Positions 39,530 through 51,400 of a stretch of 64,000 nt of DNA are shown here, one piece after another. The DNA lies in the NCBI GenBank assembly GCA_900617105.1, contig UYFQ01000587.1, positions 1-64,000 of the forward strand, read 5' to 3'. This DNA comes from Hydrurus foetidus (lineage: Eukaryota). Under the pieces are notes generated by a model that saw only the letters and a list, made by a program, of their open reading frames with translations, did not search any database and was not told the origin of the DNA. The position numbers and the translations under genes are program-made. Numbering within the stretch: position 1 is the first letter of the stretch; every line of letters begins with the position of its first letter.

Positions 39530-39675
39530 ACGGAACGCTAAAAAGTTTTCCCATAAAATTATTTCATGGCATGGTTCGAAAATTTCCCTAAACTACCCCT
39601 TTATATGGGAAAGTTACCCTTTTTCCGCATATTTCATGGCAAAAAATTATATGGGAAACTTTTTAGCGTTCCCGT
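39530..39675. mobile_element. foldback/MITE-like element B
   Basis: ACGGAACGCTAAAAAGTTTTCCCATA ... TATGGGAAACTTTTTAGCGTTCCCGT terminal inverted repeats. Confidence 0.6.
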
Positions 39676-39910
39676 AAATTGTTGCCTAATATGGAGGACC
39701 GTATAATATTGTGTTTTAGTGTATCGACCGTATATTGTATGACGTATACCGTATTTAGGTACATTACAGTATGACAATACAGAATACATTATATCAATAA
39801 TCAATCTTAAAAAAAATGTTCAGTTGCTTTTAGTGGAGTACTTCAAAGTTGCTACATCAAGGAGTCACAGTTGTGAGCAGTCCAGGTGATATCATCATGT
39901 GAAAGGTGTG

Positions 39911-41515
39911 ATGAAAGACGATTTTCTGTCGAATCTCATCGGAGGTAGCAGATCAAATGAGTCAGTAAGCAAAGTTATCGACATCACTGACAGTGGGCAT
40001 ACCGCACCTCTAAGGGATGATTCGTCTATTCCTTCCGCCGATATTCCCTCCATGATGGACATGATGGTAGCTGCTCATAAGGAAGCGAAGAATGCGAAAG
40101 ACTTGCTCTTCCTCGAGCAAGTCAAAAAGACTACTGATAGCTTTGGGAAAGGCTTTAAAAAAGGATTTATGAGAAGCGGTAGAGAGAGCAATACTCAGCA
40201 ACAAAAATCTTCGAAAGGGGACAAAAAACAGACTGAAAAAGAATTATACATGTCCTGGATGCACAAGGAACTTCATTGTCCTGTCGACATCACAAATCTA
40301 TCATGTGAATCGAAATCGAATTTTGCTGACACAAATAAGGACCCAAAGATCGTAACTTTAAAGGGCAAAAAAAAGAACGAAGGATCTGAATCATTAGGAG
40401 AAACTGCAACATCCATGATCAATGAAGTAAGGAAGGCCATAAGCGACGATGAGCCATCTATTCTTAAGCAGCTCAAACAAGGAGGTGATTGCGACCTTAA
40501 TCCTATTTACTGATTCTGCATCTGCTGATTTGTTCGACCTACACTTCTCGTTGCTGCTTTACCAGCATACTATCAAAGTTGTCCGGTAGTTGACGGAGTC
40601 TGCAGAATTTATACTACGGAGTCGTTCACAATTGTATGCAATTCCAATCTCCGATGTTGCTATTCTCCTCCCAACCTTTATGATCATAGAACCTCTTTTC
40701 CGCTGTCTAAACTGAACATGTGATTCTTTCCTAATAAGTAAAATAGTCTACAAGTTTAAATTGACAGTTAACTCTGACCCGTAACTTGTAACTTGTGCAT
40801 TAACTTGATCTCGCAGACTGGGTGACACCATCGCTCCTCGCAGCTCTACAAGAAAACAAGATAATCAAAGCTGGACTAGGGAACCCAAGATGCTCCGCTG
40901 CGCTTCAACAAATGCAGGCAAATCCAAAGGAGGCTAAGAAACGATTTCAGAACGATCCAGAAGTAGATCTGTTCATGAGAGAATTCGGCAAAGTTATGTC
41001 CGGGCATTTCGACAGTCTGGGTAAGGACCAGTCTAAGAGCGAAGAGGAGAAAGTGAAAAATGTTCCTATGAAAATAAGCGTCCTAAATCAACCGAATAAT
41101 GATTGCAGCGAAAGTGGCAAATTTTCAAGAGTTGAGGATGTGATTTTCAGAAAAGGTGTTGGTGCGCTCGAAGGAGAGCACTCTGTGTGTGGCGCCTCTG
41201 TAGGAGTAGGAGTGCTGCAAGCTGAAGCATTGCAGAAACACAGGTAAGATGCATTTGGTTTCAAAATGAATCTCCTTTCTTCTCCTATGCAATACAGGAT
41301 AGTGGATAGTGCTGTCTCCCCTTTGTGTGTAACTGACCAGATATTGTCTGTGTTGTGTCTTGTCCTTCGCCCCCATGTCTATCTCATCGACACGGCCACG
41401 CACCTGCCTTGAATGTGTCGTATCTAAGACTCTGTCGAACTCTAATCAAATTACGAATGTTGTCCGTCCATCTGCCTGTCCACTGAAGATTAAAATGCCT
41501 GTCTGTCTCTCTGTT

Positions 41516-41550
<35 letters not shown>

Positions 41551-42279
41551 TTGTCTGCATTTGTAACCCTGCTACTTCCATTCCGTAGAAGTGATCATCA
41601 CTGACTCCTGTGATGTATTGTCTGACAGGTCTGCGGTGGGCGGATCTTCCTCTCTGAGCATTTCAAAGGCTGAAAAAGGGAAGGGCGGCTTGACAGACGA
41701 AGAGAAGGAAACGGCTCGCGTGCAAGAGGTGTAGTACAGTGCAGTGCATTTTGCCATCTTAAGTCTCCCATGGAGCCTCCTTATACTGCACTATCAGTTC
41801 ATCAGACGTGCACTAAGCAACGCCGTTAAGCCATGTGAATTGACTCCCTTATTCCCTTACTTCGACTCTCTCTGTCTCCATCTCTATCTCACACACACAT
41901 TCACACACACACAATTCGCTGCACTCACTGACTGTCTCTCACACTGGCTGTCTGGTCGCAGATACACACACACATTCACACACACAATTCGCTGCACTCA
42001 CTGACTGTCTCTCACACTGGCTGTCTGGTCGCAGATACACACACACATTCACACACACACAATTCGCTGCACTCACACTGACTGTCTCTCACACTGGCTG
42101 TCTGGTCGCAGATAATTCGAGATGGCGAGTTGTCTTCCCTTCTAATGGACGTCAAGTTCCAGCAAGTGTTGAAAGACTGCAGTGATCCCGCCAAGTATCG
42201 CGCACACATGAGCAATAAAGACACGGCGAGGAAACTGAAGAAGATGTTCGATGCTGGTCTTGTTGCCACTGCTCTGTGA
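39911..42279 (+). CDS. STI1/HOP DP-domain-containing protein, 4 exons
   Basis: WVTPSLLAALQENKIIKAGLGNPRCSAALQQMQANPKEAKKRFQNDPEV and LSSLLMDVKFQQVLKDCSDPAKYRAHMSNKDTARKLKKMFDAGLV resemble STI1 helical domains. Confidence 0.7.
41889..42113. repeat. intronic ~73-77 bp tandem triplication including the 3' splice site
   Basis: CACACACATTCACACACACAATTCGCTGCACTCACTGACTGTCTCTCACACTGGCTGTCTGGTCGCAGATA occurs 3 times. Confidence 0.9.
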
Positions 42280-42469
42280 CATCGATTGCGAGACAGACAT
42301 CAATCAATCAATGGCATATTTACATTCATTACATTAACTCCATTTCAGCAGCTAATTATTCTAAGAGCTTATCAGTACTTCTACCAGCTTCGCATCATCC
42401 CTCTGCTCCATCGTATAGAAGGCTCTGTTCGTTAGTGGGGAGTTAAAAGACTGCTCCTCTCTAAAACCC

Positions 42470-44848
42470 TTATAAGCCGTCTGTAGCGCCTTCCACAGGT
42501 GTTTCCTCCGTGACACTCAATGGTAATGATGGCTCTGCTACAGATCCTAGCGATGCTATGATGCCGATGGGGAGGTGGTCCGAGGGATAATACTGCGTGT
42601 AGAAAAGTGGCAGACAATATTGTAAGAAGAAGCAAAGTTTGACGCCTAATACTGTCATTCCGGAGAGTGCGACTGAAAGCTGTCTCAACACAGCGTAACA
42701 AGTAACAGTCTTCAGTGAGGTGTGGTGAGGAGAAAGCAGTGTCGAGTGCTTCACAAAACTAGCAGAGAAAGTGCAGGCAAGTTAATACTTCCGTTACAAT
42801 TATGGAGATGTCGCAGTTACTGTACACGTGCAAGCACGTACGGAATGCACTGGACGTTACAGAGTGATACCTTGTTAGGAATAGGCAGGAACGCTCTGGC
42901 CTTCTGATTGGCCTCAAGATCACCGGTGCGTATGGGGGGACTCAGAACCATCCCCACACTCACGCTGTCGCTCACCCAGATGTGGTCAATCCAGCCTGAC
43001 AGGAGTAAAAGTAGTTCCGGTTTTGTTAACTCAGAACTAATCTATTAGGTTCATGGGCTGGCTGATGCCGTCCACCACGCCAACACAAGAGGTGAAAATT
43101 ACTGTGCAGGACTTGGTACACTTACACATGCAGTAGAGCAGTATTCATGAAAAGAAAAGAATAGAATAGAAAGAACAGATGAGAACGGTACCTTGGAAGT
43201 CGTCAGTCTTGGTTGTGAACATGGGCTTGTGGGGGAGGAAGTCGTCTGAGCTAAATACGTTTTTCAGGCGCCACCCAGTGGAAAAGGGACCCAGACGCGG
43301 ACAGGGGTTGTCAGTGTGAGTCAGACTGAGGTAATGAGGTGAAGGAAGCATCAAGAGAGTGAATGTGGGTAGTAGTGGCACTCAGAGTGTTAGCAAAAGC
43401 GGTCAGACACATGTGTGACGTCTCGGCACTCAACGTCATTTCAGCCTCTCGCTTTCCTTCTTCAGATAATTCCGTAGAATCAGTGTCACAAGCTCTTCTA
43501 GTTGTTTACTCACGTTGAGTACCACAAGTCTGGATGCTGTGGGTGGGTTATGGGAAGCATTCCCGTCTCCAGCAGTTCGAACGGCGCTGAGGGCACGTCA
43601 CCTACATGCGTAGGCACGAGAAGGGGCAAGGTGAAGTGACGTCAGCAGCAACCTACACTACTCACCATACCATATGTCCCAATAGAGTAATGCCAGTCAG
43701 CGATGCAGTTGCGACATTGAAGATCAATTGCAGAAAGATCAGGGGAGTGGAGGACCATAAATAGAGGAACTATGGAGAAACGTCTGACAGAGATCACTCA
43801 TCGTAAGCTCGACACAACAACCCCGGTGCATGTAAAGTACGTACGTTATCCTCACCGAATTCATTGATACCCATTTCAGGCATGGTGTTGAAATCGCCGC
43901 AGAGAATAAGAGGCGGCTGAGAGCTCTTAGAATATCCCAGCTCTGAGCAGAACTTATTTATCGCGTCCATGCAAGCAAACGTCTGCATAGCTTTTATGTC
44001 CGCTCTGAGCGGATTCCAGTAAAGGTGTGTATTTGCTATGCAAACATTTCGATTGGTGGCTCTGACTCTCAACATGGTCATAGCCATTGAATTCCATTTC
44101 CCGACATAGTCCACGTGAAATGCATGTGACCTGCTGAGCTCTAGTGTGGATCCTCCGAAGTCACGCAAATGCACGCGCTTCGATGATATAATGTCGAATT
44201 TAGATGATCTACCAAAGATTGCGCATCCTACGTGTTTATGTCCGTATTTTCCTTTGATTTTATCGGCCGTCTTAGAAGGCGCATACCCAAAGCATTCTAA
44301 CCCAACATGTTTCAGGTTGGGGATGAAAGTTTCTTTGAGGCCCTTCGCGCTCACTTCCTGTAAACAGAGTATATCAGCTGACATACCCCTTATCTCTTCT
44401 AAAAGCTTATCTCTCCGTCTTGTCCACTTCGTAATTGCCACTGGTGCATATTCATGCTTATCACTCTCACCATGCATGGGACCTAGAAGTATTTGTAACG
44501 GTGATGCATACCGCAGATATGTGTAAGTGAGCATCTGTCGTAACCATACACACTGATTTCTTTGATAAGAAAACATCCAATCTTGAAGAATCAATCTACA
44601 TCGATCATTCTGATACCTAAGACGTTATATGAGATAATTTTCAGCTCGCTGGCCGTTACGTCTGGTTGCTTGTAAGACACACCGCTGGTATCAACCCAGT
44701 TCCGACTGTTAATGTCGATAGGAGCTGGTGCATCGACTATAGCCTGCAAATCGACTTTGGGAGTCGGTCGTACGTAGCCCCTTGTAAGCCTCAATATACT
44801 AGACAGCATCATAGCTAATCTGCTGAAGCCGAGGACTTGGAATTTCAT
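42470..44848 (-). CDS. CCR4/nocturnin/angel-like EEP-family nuclease/phosphatase, multi-exon
   Basis: IISYNVL, WTRRRDKLLEEI..ADILCLQEV, VGCAIF, IANTHLYWNP, LILCGDFNTMP, FTTKTDDFQGWIDHIW, YPSDHLPI. Confidence 0.9.
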
Positions 44849-45613
44849 TTCCGATGTCGCCGACCTCAATCAGAGCCTGAGATCTAATTGGGAAGACCTC
44901 CACAGAAAGACTCTAGGTGATTTGAGTTCTATTCTCATTGAATACAGACCAACTAAAGTTAAAAGTTATGCTACTGATCGAAGGGACGAACGAAGGGTTG
45001 TAAAAACATCTGAAATTATTGAAGTAGCATCAGATATTTCGATATTTCATTCAGAACACGAAAAATAATATGAAAATAGAAAATATTCATTACAGTATGT
45101 TTACAGAAAACGCTGCACTGCTTCCTGGTAGATGAGTTTGCATAACATCTGTCACGACTGAATGCTGCATTCATCTTTAAATCAGATCTCTTCGATGTAG
45201 ACAGGTGCTCTTCCGCATTTTCGAAGCGTTTCCGGTTATCGTAATATTTTGATACCTACTGCAGATAATTACATTTTCTATTTTTACATGCGCATGACAA
45301 GATATAAGTTGCTATGCCACTAATTTTCAACTGACTTAAAGCTACAGGGAGCATTTTCCGTTTCTCATTTTCACAAGAATCGGGACTGGACAGTGGTAAC
45401 TCAGCATTTTGGAGGAGCCGTTGTGGAAGAATGCTTCAGATTGGACCAAATACAATGGTCTCACTAATTTCGATTATTTAACAATATATAAGATTGAATC
45501 CATAAATCTAGCTGATTAAAGGTTCAAGAGTAGGCTTTTCGATTCCTGAGGTGGGTTGGTCAAGGTTGTTTCATACTTTTCGTAACTGCTGCTTTTCAAC
45601 GATTCTTCAAAAA

Positions 45614-46466
45614 TCATCTCTCGCTTCTCCCATCTTGCGCCATTTGGATTTTATACTGCATTACCTCCATAACTTGCTCTAAGTTCTTTTTCTTGCCACC
45701 ACCTACTGCCTCAACACTTTCTATCGATTGGGATAGGAGAGTAATCTACCATCGTAAAATTTTAATCGGGGGAGAGGGATGGGGGAGGGGATATGAATGA
45801 ACAATCTGTGATGCCTCTAGGATTACTTAGACCACTAGTGAGAAATTGTTTGACAAGCAGACCGCTGCAGCAGTGAATACAAATCTGGCGGAAAGCTATT
45901 CAAGATTCTGACTGACCAGCGGCAATGTCGTCGTCTGCAATGATCCGATAAACAAAAGCACTACCTCGACAAAAAGAACAGAATGAAGTCACGTGACAGT
46001 CAACCTGTCGAAAACGACTTACCTTCCGGTCGATTAAATCCTTTGAGTCGCCAATACTTTTCTCAGTGAAGTAACCGGTACCTAGCTCCACCATCACCTG
46101 ACGATTTCGATGACATCACGAGACTTTTAGCATCAAGGGGTTGCACTTCAAAGTCTCTCTGGGTATGATAGGAATTCTTAAAGGACTTACTTTCTCGGGG
46201 TCGCAGATCTTGCCGGGAACGTACAAGCTTGAATTTAAGGGCACGAGCAGCACATCGTTGTTCGCTGAGGTCGAAATATCATCCAACATATTTCGAGCAT
46301 TTGCAAATCTACTCTTAGCATTGTGTAGTGCCTCCAATTGCCTCTGAAGTTCTTGTAATTCTTCCTCATTCTGAGCCTTCAAGTTATTCAACTGCTCAAG
46401 CGACAGATGCATTGGGTTTATTTCCCTCTCATTGGGGTTGCTGCCCGAAGTCATTGCGGTGGACAT
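45614..46466 (-). CDS. PFDN5: prefoldin subunit 5 (alpha type), 3 exons
   Basis: LSLEQLNNLKAQNEEELQEL, VLLVPLNSSLYVPGKICDPEKVMVELGTGYFTEKSIGDSKDLIDRK. Confidence 0.9.
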
Positions 46467-48414
46467 TACGTGATCGAAGTTATAACGCAAATCTCCAGCT
46501 CCTTGCTAGAGAGAGTTGTGACTGTTACGGATGATCACATAGAATCTCCACCCTCCCTAACAGTAAGACGTGTAGACTGTTATCTCATGAATCATGAATG
46601 TACATGTACACTGTGCTGTGTGCCGTATACTGTGTGGATGGCAGACTATATTACAAGCTGTAAGTCTGCGACTGGCCTGATTTCAGATTTTCAGATAGCT
46701 TTACGTTCTGCATGATGATTTCGTTGGCGTCGATTGATCGTCCCCAATTGTTAATCCCCACCACAGTCCCGTTCATCAATTATTGATACGAGATACGGTC
46801 GAGGACAGCTATCATCGCTATATTTATGTCAAAGACTATATTTATTTCTAGAGGGCTTAATCTTGAAGCAAGGCAGCAGACGAGCGTGTTCTTGAAATAC
46901 TCTTTTTGATTTGATCTATCCATAAATCCAAGATTTATAAAAAGTTTTTTAATTGATAGGAAATAATTGAATCGAGAAATGATAATATTTTTATTCCTAA
47001 TCATCTCGCATTCCTAAAGCCTAGAACAATTTTGTACTGGGTGATATCCTCGCTTTTAGTCCTTTCTAGTTTGACGCTTTCTTCTCTGAAACACACCTAA
47101 AATCAAATTATAAGATTTCAGTAATTTCCAAAGCATGGGCCAATCAGAATTAGAAATTCCAGTCGCAATTCTGACCTGTGCTAATCGTCTCGCATGATCT
47201 CATCCCGATGGTGGAGCTTTTGCGCTTTGATTCCTGTTCCTACGTACAACAGACATATCTTCCAAATATTTCGCTGTAGCCTGAAATACTACTGTGAACT
47301 GAGTTGTGGATGCAGCATCTACTGCACAGCCGCAGATGTTGAATACTCACAAAGCGGAGGATAGCTTGATCACGATAATGACTGATTTTATAAGTAACTT
47401 GAAGAAAAAATTCGTGAAACTGAAAAAAGAATTAATAAACACCTTCACAGCGATCAGCGGTATAAAACGAAAATTTAAACTACTACCCCATTCTCTACCC
47501 ATTTTACACGACGTTTTAGGTTTTGGGTTTTCATATTATGGAGGAACGAAGAAGCGTCTCTCAATCTAGCACTATGAATCCTTCAACAAAGATTAGATTC
47601 CATGGAAGCTACACAACGAGTAATCCGAAGTGTTGCCACCGAGCGGAGCCTCCCAGGCCTCTGCAGCTGCATCATGCATTCTCGACATATGAAGAATTCA
47701 AGGACAGGTTTACAAGAGCAATTAACTTTTTTTGATGCCCAGTGAACTGTCCGCAGCATGGCTTTTGTAGTAATCCAATGCGACGACGTGAGTTTACTGA
47801 AGCGGTTTCTCGTGGCAGTATCTTTCTCCTCGGTCTCCTCATCGCTTCTTACTCAATTGCCGTTCGAGCACGCCTTGCTCTCCATCAATGAGAACAATTA
47901 CCTCCTAGTGCCTGACACCGTACCTCCAGAAATAGTGTGTCTTCTTCCTGCAGTGCAAAAGCAGATTGTTATACAAGTGCGTGGGTTGGAATCATGCTTA
48001 GTGTCTGTCACCATACATGGTGGCCATGTAAAAGATGATTATTTCTCAGGTAATTGTATTGAAATAGACTTTGTGATTTTTTATCAACTGGATAATCATC
48101 AAGAAGATTCTCTCTGTAAGTTCATAGAGTCCAACTATCGCAAGTCAATTTAGAATTAATGCGCTCCTGTATACTCACCACGTATATTTACTATCTCTAC
48201 ATTTTTGATACGGTTTAACGCTATGCACACTATCACTTTTGTCATGAAAACCACAGAGCATGGTCGACTTTGCCTAATCACTTTAGCCGGCGTTGACTTG
48301 AATATATTTTTGATCGAAAGGAATGTCAGTCTTGCTCAAAAAGACGATGTTCTGCCGAAGGATGATATTGCAGCAGATAGAAACTTCTCAGTGCTGATAC
48401 TTACCGAATGGGCC

Positions 48415-51400
48415 ATGCGAAATGCATCGAAATCAATCGGAACCAATAGCGGCAGTGCTACATTGTCCCCAATGGCTAAAATCGGCACGATATCTGACTG
48501 TCAGATGAATTCCCAGGAAGTTAGACTGGCGATAGCTCGGTCGCTGCGAATAGATCATGGTGAGTGCAGGAACCCCTCAAAACAGTCTCCGAGATGGCGA
48601 GAGGGGACAGAAGGCAGTGGTGTTCTTTCCAAGAAAGGGGTCCCCAAATTGAAAGTGCAGTGTGGTAGCTTCCCTTCTTCTTCCATCAGCAGTGCGAAGG
48701 ATGGCGACTATCTGAGAAATAATGGTAGTGATGCGCCTAAACGAAATTTAGAAATATCATCACCAACAGCGAAGAAGAGGCATGACAGCGATGCTGTGAG
48801 AAGGGACACTCTAAACACAAAAGGCGACTTTGGGTCGAATAGAACAGAAAAAGAGATGCAAATGTTAGATGGAGAATCAGCGAGGAGTCACGGCAAAGAT
48901 GGTGCGTACATTCCTTCTATCGCGCTGACTCTACTCTCCGGACGATCATTTCGCCCCATGAAAGCAAACTCTCCGAAGCCAATACCTTTCGAAAACGATG
49001 TCTTTGTGGGGAAGCTGTTGTTGCTGGTGAATACGAAGCCTATTTGCGATCAGTACTTGAAGAGATTTGAAGGTTCGTCCTTAATTTCTTGCCTTCTTTA
49101 TTTCTTTTTCTTTCTTTCTCTCTTTATTTATTTACTTCCATCTTCTACTCGTAGAACACCTCCTGAGCTCTTCTACATCATGTTCTTTCGATTTCAACAC
49201 TCCGCCAGTCGGGCAGATTGCCGATCCTCTTCAACCTCTTCTACAGAAGTACGTCTGATTCTGTTTTTGTCTCACCTCAATTGCTTCTTCTTCTCCTATT
49301 GTAGGTCACCAATACACTTTTGACATGCAAGTGCAGGGCAAGTTCAAATGCATCCCCAAAGGCAACATGTTCATGGGGGCGGAAATTACCAAAAAAATGG
49401 AACTGGGTTTGTTCACGAAGGGAATCTGCGGGAGCATTCTCCAAGTCGTACGTGCGGTCAATCCGTACTTACACCACTCGTTTGGAGACAACAAGGATTA
49501 CGAGCTGCCACATATTGTGGGGCCCATGTGGTCTCTTTTTGACCGACTTGAAATCACTCCACCTGGTGGGAGTGTGCCTGAATTAGGAGGACTGCTAGAT
49601 GAAGATGGCGACAAGAGAGCGAAGAGAAGAAAGACGCCTAACTTCATCGTGGATGTCAGTACGGAGAACACGTACAGCATGTCCTTCAAGACTTCCTCCA
49701 TAGAGTTGGTGGACTGGACCATCGTCAAGGTGCCCGTCATGGGCGTCATGGACCTTCACACGTACGTACACACCACACCACATCCATGTGATGGAGAGAG
49801 ACATCGTAGAACAATTGAACAGTATGCTGCCATATCGCGCACTAACTGTGAAGCACACGACCTTCTTCTTGCGCTCCCTATGTACTTGTATTGCATATCT
49901 TGATGTTCAATTATCTGTAACACCTGTTGAACAGATTTTGGGGCGATGCAGATGTGCGTCTTGTGGCCTACATGGTGCCGGACCAGTTACCAGGAGTTGA
50001 GTTGGGCAGCAACGGTCTACCAAAGGCGCATCCTCAGAAGAGCAACAGCTACCTCTTCTCTATAGACGTCAAACACGACTCAAACCACCCAGAGATGTCT
50101 GTGAAGAACAGCACCTTCTTGTCAGACAGTTATGGAGTGCACAGTCCGGGGTCCTCGGAACGGACGAGAGAAGTCGTGTCTGAAAGGCGTACAGAAGTGA
50201 GGTCCAAGAAAAAGTTCAGGGTACGTTCTTACAATACTTGTGAGACCTTACGATCGCATGCAGTGCTTCCGTTCCATTCGTCATCATCTTCATCCCCTTT
50301 CATACTCTGTGTGTTGTTCGTAGAGTAACGGATCTCCCAGCATTAGACTGGCACCGTCTCGTCAGTTCCACTCCGTCTACCAAGACAGAGACTCGTGCAA
50401 GGACTTTATCAACGAAGCCGACTCTGAGCGAAAGTGCAGCGATGGGGATGGGGACGGGGACGGGGATGACGATGAGGAGCACTCCCCTCCGTCGTACGAG
50501 AGCTCAGACGGTGAGTTAAGTCTCGGTGTCGGTTAGCTAATACAGCAAGGCCGCATATTTCCATCAAGAAATGCATGATCACTCTGATTCTTTATTTCTG
50601 TCTCTGTAGAGGAAGACGATGAGGACGAGGATGAAGACGATGATGACGACGAAGAAAAGTTTTTCAGTGCAGAAGAGGGGGAGGAAGAGGAAATCACTGG
50701 TGCTTTCTCACAGAGCGACAGACGAGTGACAAGTGGCACCGACAGGACGGGGAGTAGCAAGGACCTCGACAGAGACAGCAGCAGCGGTAGCGACCACAAT
50801 AGAAAAAGAGACTCCGAGATTCCAAAGGTACAGCTTTCAATACTATTCATTGAGTGCGTCATGTTATTGCTCAACTGTTCTCCAGTTGCACTACGCGCAG
50901 CAAGTTCAGCTTTCGAATACCGAACACAGCACTCCAGAAGCAGCTCGGCTCATCAAATCACCATGTTATTAGCTTATCGTCTGTGTCGCAGTAGCGGATT
51001 ATACGAATACGTGATTTATGTGCTCACCACTGACACCGCCTTCATCCCTCTCACTGCCAATCAGAGGGGCAAACTTGCTGACAAGATCCCACCATTCTTA
51101 CGCGGCTTTAGTCAGAGATCTTCCAGTCGGGCCTCATCCCCCAAAGGGAGAAAAGGGCTCAAAGCAGAGGACCCAAACTTCTACTCTAGTTTGGTTCTTG
51201 CTACTGTTGAGGTGGACGAGAGAAGGGTCGGACGGCCAACAGGCAGACGGTTCCTGTACGCCTTCCTCCAAAACCCTCCCAATGATGAAGAGGGTGTGGC
51301 GGTTGCAACCGCCGCTCCCCGTCTGGGCAGTGGTAGTAGTGCACTTACTGTGACTGACTCCTCTGCTGCGAGCATCAGGGCACCCACATGCACGCTGAAA

